63,621 bases of DNA, filler included, from Diploschistes diacapsis (GCA_023645945.1; 24 parts of 24 records of this genome joined end to end with filler, not necessarily neighbours in it); one strand, 5' to 3'; shown: positions 47,493 to 61,659, counted from the first letter of the whole stretch. The notes: generated from the sequence alone by a model not told the origin. Numbers and translations are program-made.

Positions 47493-50259
47493 ACCTTTTT
47501 ATCATCGAGCCCCCCGTTAGAGGGACTAGTAGTGGTGCCTCAGTACCCTACCGTCCGTCATACATACCCGTTGCTCTTGGCTAATTAAGCGCTCACAATA
47601 AGTCAGGTAACAAAGCTTGGATCCGCAGATAGTGCTGTGGGCTGACAGCAGAAATATAGAGTCTTGTGCGTTAGCAGGCCCATATTAAATGTTATGAATC
47701 CAGGAGACCTATGCGCTCTAAAATGCGCATAATAGCCAAGTATGAGAATAGAGTGATGGTCTTAGAACGTTGGCCTAGAGACTTCAAATGGTAAAGGGGT
47801 GTTAATGGAAGCTTTTCACTTTTGTGTGCATATTTAAGTACTCCCCTATATGTTGCGTACCTTATCATTTGAGCTTAGCCAGGCAGGAGACAGTTAGTTT
47901 CCTGAGTAGTCCTACCTCTACCTTGAGAATGCTTTGCGTTAAGCCGTTTTATTCGTTTTCGGCATCAAAGTCGCCCTTCAAGAGGGTTACATGATTGCAG
48001 GTGGCAGATATGGAGCACTCCAGCGTAAAGCCATGGCAACATCAGCAGCCTTACGATGGCTTCGCTCGAAGCATATTATGCATCGCCATTCTGTCTTCAG
48101 TGACCGAGCTTAGCCATGATATTATTCGAGATGGAGTATTGGGGACAATCATTCCTTGTAAGGGGCCGAATGATTTGGAGGACACTCAATGGTAGCTCGA
48201 AAGAACTATGGGTCGTAGAGTGCCTAGAGCTTCGTTCGCAGTAGCAGGCTATGAGTAAGCTCCTGAAAGTTGTGAGTAGAAGCTTTTTAATACATAATAT
48301 TTCTGTCGTTCTCGAAGGCAATTGCAACGCCCTGAACTAACGAAATTGCTTTGGGAGACAGTACCAATCGCTATTAGCGTCATGCGGATATCGCGGGATA
48401 ATTCAAGCAGACTAATTCTGCCTGGGAGCAATTGTATAATATGCTTATATATGCCGTCTGCTTCGTCGTCATCGGCAAGTGGTGTAGAAGATAAAAAGCA
48501 AGAAAGGTTAGCCCTGGGATCAAACCTGGCACTTCCAGCAAGCCATAGGATAATCAAGAAAGCGAATGGATCGACAGGTTACAAAGGTGTTCATGATACT
48601 TCGGACAGAGGTGTTGCTGAGTAAGAATAGAACCTCTCGTTCCGGGAATGCCGTTGCATGAACGCCAGGCCAATGATCAAGCTCAGAGGTCAAAGTAAAA
48701 TTGTAGTGAATCATCATATCCAAGCGAAGGTTGTCTGTGCCGAGAGTTAGTGAACTGTGTCCGAGCTTTTGAAGTTCAGCTGTGAGCTTCTATAAAGTGA
48801 GACATAGATGGACGAATACATCGAGGGAAAGCCATGCAAATGATATATGTCCTTCGCCATCCTTGTCGCCCGGCCATACTGCATTGGTGTGACTATATGA
48901 CGGAAGCAGATGAACAGCTTCCGCCCATGACTGCTGATACTGCTGTATCAAGACCATTAATGGTCTAATGAAGCGCTAAACCAGGAGCTTCTGATGTTTC
49001 GGCTTGATAAAACGAAAACGGAGGAAAGTACCGGATACAGCAAGCCGCAACATCAATGCTCAATTGGAGGGACATTTACATAGACGCGAGAGCATCGTCG
49101 GGAATCAGCTACCCACCAAATGAAAGAATGCACTGCCACTGAAGAATGAGGTGCAGTGGTCACGTTGTACTGGGGCTATGTGCTTGGATATGATTGTGGC
49201 TTGGGTGGGCAGGGCTGAGGAAATAGATTGCTTTGGTAGGTAAGCCTAAGCTGAGCTAAGCTCTGACAAAAAAAACTGGCACTTTTTGGGAGCGTGTAGA
49301 AAATAGCCAAACTACCAATTATTCTTACACAGCGGGAAAGGCTTGGGATTGGCCGGGCGGACATCGCCTATCACGGATTCCATTCTCTCCCGCCTAGCCC
49401 CTGACAGATACTTGACAGGAGGAGGCATCTTGCAGGCTGAAAAAACAGGACTCAACAAGAAGTCAATGGAGGAAGCTTATTTCAACTTATTTTAAACTCT
49501 ATTCCACATACTACATGTACTTAGCAGCATCACGGTCATGCTACGTACAGTAGCGTCCTATCTCATAGCAAGCACACAGAACCATTGCAGCTGAGAACAC
49601 CCTTCTCCGACATGAATCGTGGGCCAATCACACTCTTCAATTCGAACTTTGATGCTGTACAGAGGGTCTTTAAGCGTTGCTTCATCACCGTGGCCCGATG
49701 ATTCGGTTCAATCCTCCGTTAGAGCTTACTCGCTTCGATCATCCCAAGACCGCGTGTAGGATAGCCACACGCTCGCATGGCACAGCTAGTGCATCTTGCG
49801 TCTGAATGTGGTTGCATTGTATCCTCATTGTGGACTGAAAGGTAATCAGTTAAGTGACGGTCTTCTGGAAAGGAAAGTTTGACCATATCAGAAGGATGAT
49901 TGGGATTATGTTTCACAATATCCTTCTGTTGCCTGACCAATAGATGGCAAGCCTTCCAACCTACTTGGACGGCGTCGTGGAGAGGGAGCTCCATTGCTTC
50001 TCTCATTCGTTTGATTGTTGACCATCGAGGGTTTGACGTCTAATGGATGATTACTCCGCATGATGAACGACCGAGGCTTCTGTAAAGGAGGTTCTGATAG
50101 ACCGTGGAGCACGGCAATGCGTGAGTCGTTTTTGTATATGCTTCTTGAACCTGCTTAAAGCCGATGGTCGGCAGATTCTTTACCAAGGATGTAGACCTCT
50201 CATCTTTTATCCACAACAGCCGTCTCATCAGAGGCGTTCCATTCCTTAGATTACCGTCC

Positions 50260-51738
50260 ATGGAAGGAGAAGCGGGATCGTCGTTCCGTGGCAAGTCGCG
50301 GGGCGACAAAGACAAGAGGGTCGTCATCGCAAGCGCTTGTACTGCCTGCCAGAAACGAAAGAGCAAGGTCGGTGTGGAGGCATCTTCTCCATGTTTCCAA
50401 ACGTCTAACCTCGTCGTTAGTGTGATGGCAGATTGCCAAGCTGCTCGCAATGCTTGAAAAAGGGAACGGAATGTAGGTTCGACACCGACGACCTTCGCCG
50501 CATTGCCAACCTCAGGACACTCAATCAGAAGCTTGAGGAGAGAGTCACCGAATACAACGACCTTGTCACCAGATTACAATACGGGTCCGATGAGGATGTT
50601 GCAGAGATCTTGTGCAAGATACGAGGCTCTAACGACCTTGCCGAGCAGATACAGCGCGTTCGAGCGGCAAACCGAGATCCATCAGCGTCCGCGAGCGAGG
50701 AGGCACGTAATAGTCCACGTGGAAACTCTCCAGCCACAGAATCTTTCAGGGGAAGTACCTGGCACCCGGCACTGCGCGTACCAGTGGCCTCAGGGCCCTT
50801 CTCCGAGTCAAGCGGACGTGCAAGATCCATATCCGGCAGTAGCCTGTGGAAAGATCCTGAGAGTCCCTCTCCCCGCAACCTGCCCAGCCCGCACGTTGAG
50901 CTTTTCGGCAATTTTGGTCCATCCGGAGCCGTTATGGCAAGTGGCGTTGCTGAGACACTGCAGTTACAGCAAAGCCATCGGATACCAATCTACTTTGTGC
51001 AATCTTCCGTTGTCATTGAAGACTCGCCTCTGAGCAGAGTGTACACTGACTACCGGGATGCAGCTCGCCAACTCATTGCGGGTGGTGCTCCCCTTGAGGA
51101 TATAATGGGATCTCCGGACTATATTGACGTCGATCTATACTTCAGAACTCGCCAGAATGACAATTTTTCAGCCAATTTTTGGGCTTGTGAGGCTCTCAAA
51201 TCATTCAATGAATTCGATCACCTTGTCAAACTCGGCAGCGTCGCTCTCATCACCCACTTGATGCGCGTAAGTTGTATCGACCGTTCACATACAGTCACCG
51301 TTTCACTGACGTCGAAGCAGTGGACAATCCATCCAACGGCAGAGACCTATGAACGTATCCCTGATATGATGAGACCGACGCCAACTCAGCTTCTCATTCC
51401 GCATATTCCGGCAATAGATATTGTTCCAATGTAAGTCCCTCACTTAGTGGTTTGAAGCTTTTGCTGAAGCATATCCTTATTTCAGTCCTGCCATGCGCGA
51501 TGCGCTAATTCTCAACTTCCGTGACTGGATCACCATCACAAGCGAGACGATGCATCTCGAATGGCCATATCCAACGGAGGAGTGTGTTGAGGTGGATACG
51601 CATACAGGATGCAGGAGGCTGACAGCTAGATTCGAAGAGTTTGTGAAGAATCCCGACCACTGGACCTTTAACAGAAAAGTGTTAGAGGTGTTTCCGGAAC
51701 TGGAGGGCAAATTGTCGCTGCGCGATGAAGCTCCGTAA
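50260..51738 (+). CDS. Zn(II)2Cys6 transcription factor with DUF3425-like C-terminus; exons 50260-50367, 50421-51266, 51321-51430, 51486-51738
   Basis: ACTACQKRKSK|CDGRLPSCSQCLKKGTEC supplies six Cys after splicing. C-terminal RPTPTQLLIPHIPAIDIVPIPAMRDALI motif. Introns keep frame. Confidence 0.9.
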
Positions 51739-53890
51739 GGGTCGAGAGACGGTGTTAGCTCCATCAAGTCGAAGTGAATAGTTGATGAGCCGTCATTGGG
51801 AAGGAGATCAAGAGCGCGTACTCAGGATGAAGCGGACAGCGCGGGACGCGGGTCAGATTCGGTATTGAAATTTTTAGAAGGGGTTGGGTTTTTTTGGCTT
51901 GCCGGAACGATTTCCGAGGGTCGTCGGCGGCAGCAGCGGAGTCACCTCCGCCGGCACTTCGCCTAACTCTTCCGGCGAAGAGGGCACCCTGCTGTTCTCC
52001 CGCTGAACATTCTTTGGTTTGCCTAACTCAGAGCCTCAGCTGTGTCTCTGCTTCCGAAGCGTTTGTGCCATCCCAAAACGTTGCAAAACTGTATTGGGGC
52101 CGAGAACTTTCAGATCCTACTTTTCTTTTCGAACTGATTCCCCATAACCTACATTGATTTTGCGCATATTTCTTTGCGAGAGCGTGCGGTGGTTGTGTCT
52201 TGCAGCTGCAATCAGAATATTTGCCTTCCGCTCTGTGCTAAATAAATGATGATTACTCGGCATATGCCTAGGCAGTCACAGAGAAGCCAGGAATGGGGAA
52301 ATTGTCGGCAGTATTGTGAACTTAGCAGTTCAAGTACCTATGTAGCTCCCAAAGATGAGTGTAATCTGGAGCAAAACCCGAAGTATCTTTAGAAGATCAT
52401 GACTAAATCCTACGTGAAGGGCGATAAGGTTTGGTAACCAACGTGGCCGTACGAACGCACAACAACCACAAGGAAGAGAAACGACACCAGCGTCACGTCC
52501 TCGTTCAGGGAGCAAAGGCTAGGCAGGAACAAGGAGAGGACGTTGAAGGATGATAGAGAGTACAACACTCCGGCAAGAAAGAGAAGCAGCAAAACGTTGA
52601 AAAAGGAAGTTCTACTTGGCTTGTGGTCAGCATCGTTTGCATGGTTTTTGAGCGATTCCGTTGGTTTGGAACAACCAGAACACCTGCACTTACTGATCGA
52701 GCTCGACAAATGACTCCTCAATATGTTCTAGATTACATGTTACATTCTCTGAAGCTTTCCCATGTGATGTTGGCTGCTCAAACCCACTCATCACTTTTAC
52801 CTTCTGACTTCGTTTGTTCTCTGCACCGAGCTTTGCATGTCAACTCTCGTCGAGTTATTGTGCCTAACCAGGTCTTAAGAACCAAAGCTGTCTTGGCTTC
52901 AATCTCGATTCTTGCCAAACCACAAGCGCTTCGCCGATTCGACTTTTGTTCACATCGTCACTGTTCTATACCCTTACAAACATCGAAGGGTATCAATAAA
53001 TGACTAAGTATAACGGAGTTTCCTATGGAAAAAAGCAAAGACTGTACCAAAACGTGTTGTCGAACGACAGGAGAATCCAGTGGACACTGTGAAGAACGGA
53101 TAAGGTAGGAACCAAACAATTGCGATATCGGTACGTTTCCACTATCTGTGTAGCAAGCAAGGCAGGTCCAGATAACTCCTAAAGCTACTAAAATGGCCAA
53201 TAATTGACCACCACGTTGAAATGCTTGCATCTTGTTCGATTGGCCATGCTTCTTCCTTTTTACCTCTCATTTTTACTCCGAAAGAAGCCTAATCACATTT
53301 ACATACTCTTCACAAACTGTTAGAGAAAGGGACAAAAATCAATATAAGACACGAGTGAGGTCCTTTAATAGTGATGTGAATCTATCTAGCGTGAAAATTT
53401 CAGAGCGTGAGAAAAGGATGCTTGGATAACACAATGTGAGAGAGCGAAAGGTCGGTGTCGAAGAGAAGAATGAATAAATCTACACAAGGAAAACCTTGGC
53501 TTGGCCTCGTCGACAATACATTGAAGCGTCAAAAGGGTCGACTACTGAGAACGGCGGTTTTAGGCTTGTCGACATATACTACCTAAAACAACTAGCATGC
53601 TTAGCTGCGCGCTCCCTTCACATGCAGAAGCCGTGAGTAAAAGGCCATTAGGAAGACTGCCTCATGATATGGACAACTAGCAAAAAGATCACAGAGCTGG
53701 AAAAAGCTTCGCTAGTAGTGCCACATCGTGTGCGCCTAGATGCTGTCGGGATCGCCATGAATCGGTTGTGGAACATACGTCCATCCTACATCGAGACAAC
53801 TTTCTCAGTAATTGAATCAACCCACTTCGAGCAACCAAAGTCTCTGTAAAACGTCGCCTCCAAGCACATCCCGCGAAGATTTTTCTCCTC

Positions 53891-54054
53891 TCATCCCTCA
53901 GCACTCCTCTCTCCTCGCCTCCCTAACAAGAAATCCACATAATCCAGCCTCCTCCCCCTCAACAGGCCCACCGCATCCTGCGCCAGCCCATACGTCAAAC
54001 CCGTCACTAGGCCGATCTTCGCCGTCCTCGCCGCCGTCGCCAAGGGGAAACGAT
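53891..54054 (-). CDS. Last exon of a probable conserved fungal membrane protein (upstream exons lost at contig end)
   Basis: Branch GCTGAC and CAG acceptor, then RFPLATAARTAKIGLVTGLTYGLAQDAVGLLRGRRLDYVDFLLG...*. Family not firmly identified; possibly Tim17/22/23-like. Confidence 0.5.
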
Positions 54055-55417
54055 CTGCAACGCAACACACCCGTCAGCCAACAGTGAACAACCCCAACGC
54101 CATCACCCCCCTTGCCCCCTCTCTCAGTTCNNNNNNNNNNNNNNNNNNNNNNNNNNNNNNNNNNNNNNNNNNNNTTAATTAATTAANNNNNNNNNNNNNN
54201 NNNNNNNNNNNNNNNNNNNNNNNNNNNNNNGATCTGGTCTGATCTGTTTCCCAGGGGTGGGACGTGAAAGGGCTGGGGGAAGATGGCAATGTATTAGGAA
54301 CAGCGGTGGCAGAGACGCGGGGCTGTCGGACGGACCGGCGGACCGACGGACAGATGGATGCCGTACGAAGAAAAGGGATTTTCCTACTTCTGGGAGGAGG
54401 ACAGTGTTCATGGGAGTTCGCTTTGCCCAGCTAGCCGCAGTCCTCGGCGATAACTACTTCTGCATGACATGACAGACTTTTTTAAAAATTTACCCCTTGT
54501 ATATGTGCGTGTGTGTGGGCCGCGGGCTGGTTTGCAGCGGGATTCATCTCCATCCTAGACTAGTACTACCGGAAACAGCACGGCGGCAATTTTTTTCACG
54601 CCTCTTCTTCTTCTAGGAGATCATTGTCCCGCAGCTCAGAGCTGTTCGCAGCACACACCCAGCGGCGAAGAGAGACGGTTATCCAGTTTTCGCTTTGGTT
54701 TGTTTTGGCGACAAGCTGGAATCTCCACGCAGTAGTGGCAGTGCATCACTCTGTTCAAGCCCAAGAAAGAACAGCAACCCCCACCTCAACCGTCTTGGGA
54801 GCGTCCTCAATGCGCTGGGATTAGGAGAAAGGGGGGGGGAATGGTTGATGTATGCTGAATCCGTTGTCTGGGCATATGTTTTTGGGTTACTGTTTACTAG
54901 TTTCCTGTATGATCTGGCATAGGAAAAAATATCTTCCCTGAGCGTCCGTGCATGTTCTCGAAATATTGGAGACAGGAGACTGGGTGATGTGATTTCCCGT
55001 TTCCCATACGATGCGGTATAGGGGATAGGTGTCTTCCTAAGCATCTATCAGGAAGAAATCTCATAGTCGTAACGTTGCGAAACTACGAGACATGTACGTA
55101 CAACTTTTGATACAATTCCCGCTCTCCTAGAGGAAACCGCTTTCTCCATCTCTACCCAACGCGGCCAACCAAAGCCTCTCCTTTTCTCCTCTCCGCTCCC
55201 ATCCTCTTCCCTTCCCACTCCCTTATCTCCTCGTATCTTCTGTCCTCCCTCTCCCTCCTCACCTTCTATTCTGCCTTCTCCGTCCCCCACCCATCCATCT
55301 CGCCTCCCCCTATCACCNNNNNNNNNNNNNNNNNNNNNNNNNNNNNNNNNNNNNNNNNNNNTTAATTAATTAANNNNNNNNNNNNNNNNNNNNNNNNNNN
55401 NNNNNNNNNNNNNNNNN

Positions 55418-55821
55418 CCATTAACACGGATATTATACTACAATAAAAACACGAAAATACTGTTTTTTTTTTAAATATTTTTCAAATTATCACGCTTATT
55501 TCTTACGTTTTTATTTTATAAAATTTATTTTTAAATACGGACACGGACACGGACACTACATTACGATAAATAGACGGATACGGACATCGTAATTAAAAAT
55601 TTTAAAACACGGATATTAATACGAATATTATATTTCCGTAAATCCATAAACCCGGACACCGCAATTAAAAAATCTAAAACACGGATACTAATACGGACAT
55701 TAAATTTCCGTAAATCCACGGACACGGACACCGTAACATAAAAATCTAAAACACTGACACTAACACTACGATGTCCGTGTCACGGACACCGGCAGTATCA
55801 GTGTCAGTATCGGCCAGCCTA
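55418..55821. mobile_element. hAT-like MITE, end-B variant
   Basis: ACACGGAC arrays ending ...CAGTATCGGCCAGCCTA at 55821. Confidence 0.75.
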
Positions 55822-56504
55822 AATTAAACTAACAATATTATTCATGCAAGAAAGCGTGTACAAATATAATACACCTAAGGGTATCGTGTTAAATAAAAGA
55901 TTATTATTCATAAACGCGTACTAAAGCGAGATCTGTTACTAAATAAAGATTAAGCAGAAACTAAGCACTACTTTTTATCCTTAAACTAATGATTAGACCG
56001 AACGGCAGAACCAAACGCTTAAATATTACTTGCGAGTATACTACATAAAACAGCAAGATAACTAGCCTGAACTATTACTAGCTACAGAATTTGCATATAA
56101 TTCTAACAAGCATTCGAATACAAGAATGAACCCCTTTAAAGCAGTTTATAAAAAAGAACTGAATTTTTTCAATTTCGAAGACGAAATTATTGAAAGGAAG
56201 GTATCAGCTATCGTAGAACGAGTTCAAAGCATGTTAATAACAAAATAACAGCTTAAACAAAACCTAATATAAGCTTAAGAATAACAAAAGAAATATTTTA
56301 ATCAAAAATATAAATCCAAAAGTTATAAAATTAGAAATCTAATAATACTATTTATAAAAAATTTAAATCAAAGAAAACCGAATAAAAAATTATCGTATCG
56401 ATATATTAAGCCATTTCGCATTATAAGAGTAACGAGATCGCAAATATATAAATTAAATAAAATATATCTTATATTTCATGTATCGTTCCTAGAGCCTTAT
56501 ACTA
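55822..56504 (+). mobile_element. Ty3/gypsy integrase relic
   Basis: TPKGIVLNKRLLFINAY*...KLSTTFYP*TND*TERQNQTLKYYLR...QDN*PELLLATEFAYNS is the degenerate P..IVSDR..LST.FHPQTDGQTER.NQ motif. Confidence 0.88.
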
Positions 56505-58170
56505 NNNNNNNNNNNNNNNNNNNNNNNNNNNNNNNNNNNNNNNNNNNNTTAATTAATTAANNNNNNNNNNNNNNNNNNNNNNNNNNNNNNNNNNNNNNNN
56601 NNNNTAACGATATAAATCGAGTTAATTATTTAATTTATTTTAATAAATAAAAAGAGGATTATAAAGATAGCTCTAAAATATCAAAATAAGAACAAAATAA
56701 TAATTATAAGATTAAGCGAATAATATGCCAAGAATCGGATAAGCGGCGTTTAGGGCCTTAGCTTACTAGTACTTGAAAGGGGATTTTGCCCTTCTTACTC
56801 TCTCCTCTTCTTTAGTAATTAGTCCTAGCATGAACCTGCCCTGCGTACAGCCATCTTGCCACATTGTCGTATTCTACCCTTTACAGCCTGCCAAGTTATA
56901 ACAAAGTTATATAACGGCAGGGTCACATGACGGCAGGGTTACATAACGGGTTCTACCGAGAATAGCCGCTGCCAGCCGTGCCAAAGATATTAGGAGGTGG
57001 CTGTGTAGGCGGGTAATAACCGAACCCCGATAGGACTGATACCCACATTATTTATTTATGCCATCCTTTTATTTAGATAGTTTCTTCTTTAGCTTTTCGA
57101 ATCGAAACCTTTTACCTACAGATGCCAGTTACATGTAATCCTTCCGGATCAGGCCCAGCCCCCGGTCGTGTAGCATCTATTCCTGCGCTGGCGTTTCAGG
57201 ATTATTTAATAAAATTTAACCGTAAACGGAATTACCGGACTTAATCGTATGTTTTTATATAACGATAATCCCGTAAGATACGTATGTTTAACCGTAACGT
57301 AATAAATTCGATAGATTATAGCCGCTCGTGCTCGAACCAACGACCTAAAAAATGAAAGTATAATTATAACAACGGAGATAATGCCTAATAAATAACGCTA
57401 TCCTACTAAATTAAAAAACTAAATATAATGCTTTTAAGAACCCCGAAGCACTGTTTCCCTATTATACTATATGTAGGTGCGTGGCTGTGGCAGCAGGGGG
57501 ACCTGAACCCCGGTGCGCACACTACGGGTGTTACACACCGAGACGTCCAACGAATAATCTAGTACTTAATATCGGAAATACTAGGCTGGCCGTTCCGTGC
57601 CACTGACACTGACACTGACACCGCAGCAAAAATTTTCTCGACACTAACACTGACATTAATACTACATTATAGTGAAAGCACGGACACGGACNNNNNNNNN
57701 NNNNNNNNNNNNNNNNNNNNNNNNNNNNNNNNNNNTTAATTAATTAANNNNNNNNNNNNNNNNNNNNNNNNNNNNNNNNNNNNNNNNNNNNTTTCGGTTA
57801 TTTCTATTATTAACGTAGACGATGCAAGAAAGCTAATTTATATAAGACGTGTAATCCATCGTATTAATATCTTTTCTTTAAAATTTAAAAAGATTTAATT
57901 CGATTCGTGATTATTAAAACGTAATTATATCTTAATAAATCGACGTATAATAATTAAACGAGAAATTTTAAATACGCGAATAATTTTTTAAACGTTAATA
58001 TATTATTAAAAATTTAGAACCTATAAATAATCGTTGATATTAAATTTTATTAAAATCGAATTATTATGATACGAGATAGTCATTATTAAGAAAAATCGAA
58101 TATAAAATGAAAACAATGATTTAAAGTGGCCGGACTCTGGGGGTGGCCGGACTCACCGTCAAACACGTTA

Positions 58171-58638
<468 letters not shown>

Positions 58639-58978
58639 TTATTTTTCTAGTTATTACTTGCCTATCTAGTCACCTTATTTCTCATTTTCAACAATTAATA
58701 AATACGAAAACGGTAGGTTGGAAAATAAGTAAACTTAAATATAATAAATATGAAATTAAAATTAATAGATTCGAAAGCAATAAATTCGAAAATAATGGAT
58801 TTAAAGTAATAAATTAGAAAGTAATAAGTAGGCTGACCGTTTCGTGCCACGGTCACTGACACGGACATTGCATTACAGNNNNNNNNNNNNNNNNNNNNNN
58901 NNNNNNNNNNNNNNNNNNNNNNTTAATTAATTAANNNNNNNNNNNNNNNNNNNNNNNNNNNNNNNNNNNNNNNNNNNN

Positions 58979-59110
58979 GAAAAGAGGGAGAGAAAAGAGG
59001 GAGAGAAAAGAGGGAGAGAAAAGAGGGAGAGAAAAGAGGGAGAGAAAAGAGGGAGAGAAAAGAGGGAGAGAAAAGAGGGAGAGAAAAGAGGGAGAGAAAA
59101 GAGGGAGAAA
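58979..59110. repeat. 13-bp minisatellite (GAAAAGAGGGAGA)n, about 10 copies
   Basis: Tandem array at the contig start. Confidence 0.95.
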
Positions 59111-59651
59111 AAAGATGGAGGAGGAGGAGGAGAGAAAGCGAGGGTAAAAGAGCGAGGAGGGAGTGATGGGAAGAGGAATGCACCGGAGGGAAGCGGGAGA
59201 AGAGGGATGGAGGGACAGAGGGAGGACGGCTGATTGGCGAGAAGGGATGGACTTGAGAAAGATGGCATCACCTTGCAGAGGCAACGAAAAAATGGGTCAC
59301 AGAGAAAGTTGGGCAAGCGAGAGAGCAAGCAAGTACACGGGAAGGAAAACGCAGCTTTTCTAGGACGATATGAAGGAGACGCGCCGTGAGAGATTGTGAC
59401 GCAGCGTATCCATCCCGTATCCCACCCAGCATCCCGTACGAGCGAGAACCCAAAGCATGAAATCCAGACGCTCACTCGACCACCACGCCGCCACCGCTGC
59501 ACCACCACTCGATCCACCACGCCGCCAAACCCAACAGACATATAGCTAGGAAAGCAAACGCAAACTGATAGCGCTCCAACGTCACGATCGATTCGGCATC
59601 CAACCTTCGCTCCCTCATCGGTTCGCCGGCATTCCCCTACGTTTCCCAAAG

Positions 59652-60065
59652 TTAGCGTCGCCTTAGCTCTTTCCTGACACCCTTGCCCTTCCGACCCACC
59701 TCCATCTCTCTCTCCCCTTCCTTTTCCATCACCCTCTCCAGCTTCCCTTCCTCCGCCATCTCTTTCTCCCTCTCTTTCTCCATCACCCACTCCATCTTCC
59801 TGTCCTCCATCACCTCCAAGGCTGCCCGGACCATCGCAGGATGCCACCTCTGCGCCATCTTCACATCTCCCTGCCGATTCGGATGCAGTCCGTCCCGCAG
59901 GTCCGCAACGGGGTCGAAGCCGGAGAAGTGGTCGACGAGGTAGACGGGAGAGATCTTGGCGTTGGCTTGTTCGGCCCAGAGGCGCAGGAGTGTGTTGAGC
60001 GAGAGGAGAGCGGCGTGTTTGCTCGGGAGGGGGTGGAGGAAGGGGGGGAGTTGAGGGACCTGGGT
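59652..60065 (-). CDS. SGNH hydrolase / carbohydrate esterase family 3, C-terminal fragment
   Basis: ...SPVYLVDHFSGFDPVADLRDGLHPNRQGDVKMAQRW contains the SGNH block V DGxHPN..G..KMA..W, followed by a charged tail and TAA. Confidence 0.8.
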   Translation of the reverse strand, partial: TQVPQLPPFLHPLPSKHAALLSLNTLLRLWAEQANAKISPVYLVDHFSGFDPVADLRDGLHPNRQGDVKMAQRWHPAMVRAALEVMEDRKMEWVMEKEREKEMAEEGKLERVMEKEGEREMEVGRKGKGVRKELRRR

Positions 60066-60165
60066 NNNNNNNNNNNNNNNNNNNNNNNNNNNNNNNNNNN
60101 NNNNNNNNNTTAATTAATTAANNNNNNNNNNNNNNNNNNNNNNNNNNNNNNNNNNNNNNNNNNNN

Positions 60166-60796
60166 CACTGACACGGCCGTGGCAGTGTCCGTGTTTTAAA
60201 ATTTTCAGCCGTAGTGTCCGTGTCCGTGCTTTTATTATAATGTAGTATCCGTGGAAGTGTCCGTGTTTTAAAATTTTTAATCGTAATATCCGTGTCCGTG
60301 CTTTTATTATAATATAATATCCGTAGAAATATCCCGTGTTTTAAAATTTTTAATCGTAATATTCGTGTTAATAAATTTATTATTATATTCGTATATTTAT
60401 CGAAATATTTTTAAATAATATTTATTTTTTAATAATTTTAGAATTATTACGTTTATTTTTTACGTTTTTATTTTTTTATCGCGGTGTTTCGATAGATTCA
60501 CGGTAATATTTCGATAAATTTATTATAATATAATATCCGTAATAATATCGTGTTTTAAAATTTTTAACGGTAATGTCCGTAAAAGTATTCGTGTTTTAAA
60601 TTTTTTAATCGTAATATCCGTGTCCGTGCTTTTATTATAATATAATATCTATAAAAGTGTCCGTGTTTTAAAATTTTTAACCGTAATGTCCGTGTCCGTG
60701 CTTTTACTACAGTGCAGTGTCCGTGGAAGTGTCCGTGCCGAGAAAATTTCGCGGTAGTGTCCGTGTCAGTGACCGTGGCACGCAACGGCCAGCCTA
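60166..60796. mobile_element. Near-complete hAT-like MITE (~650 bp; end B clipped by ~18 bp at contig edge, end A at 60796)
   Basis: Begins CACTGACACGGCCGTG as in end B at 29740 and ends GGCACGCAACGGCCAGCCTA. No coding capacity. Confidence 0.8.
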
Positions 60797-61251
60797 ATTA
60801 ATCGACACGGGAATTAACGGAATATATTTTATCGACAAAAAATTCCTCGAATAATTAATAGATCGATTTAACCTCGCTCCGATAAAACTATTTAAAAAAA
60901 TAAATAATATTTATATCGACGATAAGCCGCAAAAACCTATCATTCACGCCCTTTATCTATTATTATAATTAAAGAACCATTCTAACAATATAACCTTCTT
61001 TTATATCTTATTTAAGATCGGGAAACACCGCGTGATTATTAAAAAAAAATTATTATAACTATATAACGTAATAATAAACTATATTATTTCCGATGTAACC
61101 TTTAAACCGAATTACTATAACCACCTAGGATTATTTTCTGTTAAGAAACGAAAAAAAGTCGAAAAAATCTTAATTATTTCTCGATTAAATCTTAAAGTAA
61201 TTAAAATTGATAGACCTCTAATTATTAAGATCTTATCACGTGATACAATAG
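60797..61251 (+). mobile_element. Ty3/gypsy aspartic protease relic
   Basis: LIDTGINGIYFIDKKFLE immediately after the MITE end. Confidence 0.65.
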
Positions 61252-61351
61252 NNNNNNNNNNNNNNNNNNNNNNNNNNNNNNNNNNNNNNNNNNNNTTAAT
61301 TAATTAANNNNNNNNNNNNNNNNNNNNNNNNNNNNNNNNNNNNNNNNNNNN

Positions 61352-61659
61352 GTTCAGCGAGGGTTTTCTTAAACCAATTTACGTCTCGTAAGTTAAATAT
61401 TATTACGATAATATTATCGACGTATAAACTAATTAATAACTTTCGATCTTATAAGATAAAAATATAAAGATCGACGTCGTATCTTTTAAATAACGTTATA
61501 TAAATCTAATACGTCAACGACGCCTCCGTAAACGTATTATTAACGTTTATTTAATAACATTCTAAATCTTATACTACGATAACCGTTAATAAAATACGTA
61601 AAAAATCCGTTCGTATAATAAAAATAAATGTTTCGTTAAAATCGATTCTCTTTTATTAC
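61352..61659 (-). mobile_element. Ty1/copia reverse transcriptase relic
   Basis: Reverse translation SLYVDNIIVIIFNLRDVNWFKKTLAE (YVDD changed to YVDN by G>A). Confidence 0.65.

Noticed and set aside
49692..49720. GGTTCAATCC resembling a tRNA T-loop
   Set aside because: No T-stem pairing or cloverleaf.
35453..54130. Possible secondary-metabolite cluster or Starship cargo (two TFs, CAZyme pseudogene, long intergenic DNA)
   Set aside because: No PKS, NRPS or tailoring genes, no tyrosine-recombinase captain and no element boundaries seen.
58923..59847. ORFs with FSPSFLSLFSLPL repeats
   Set aside because: These are translations of the 13-bp minisatellite running into the N linker.
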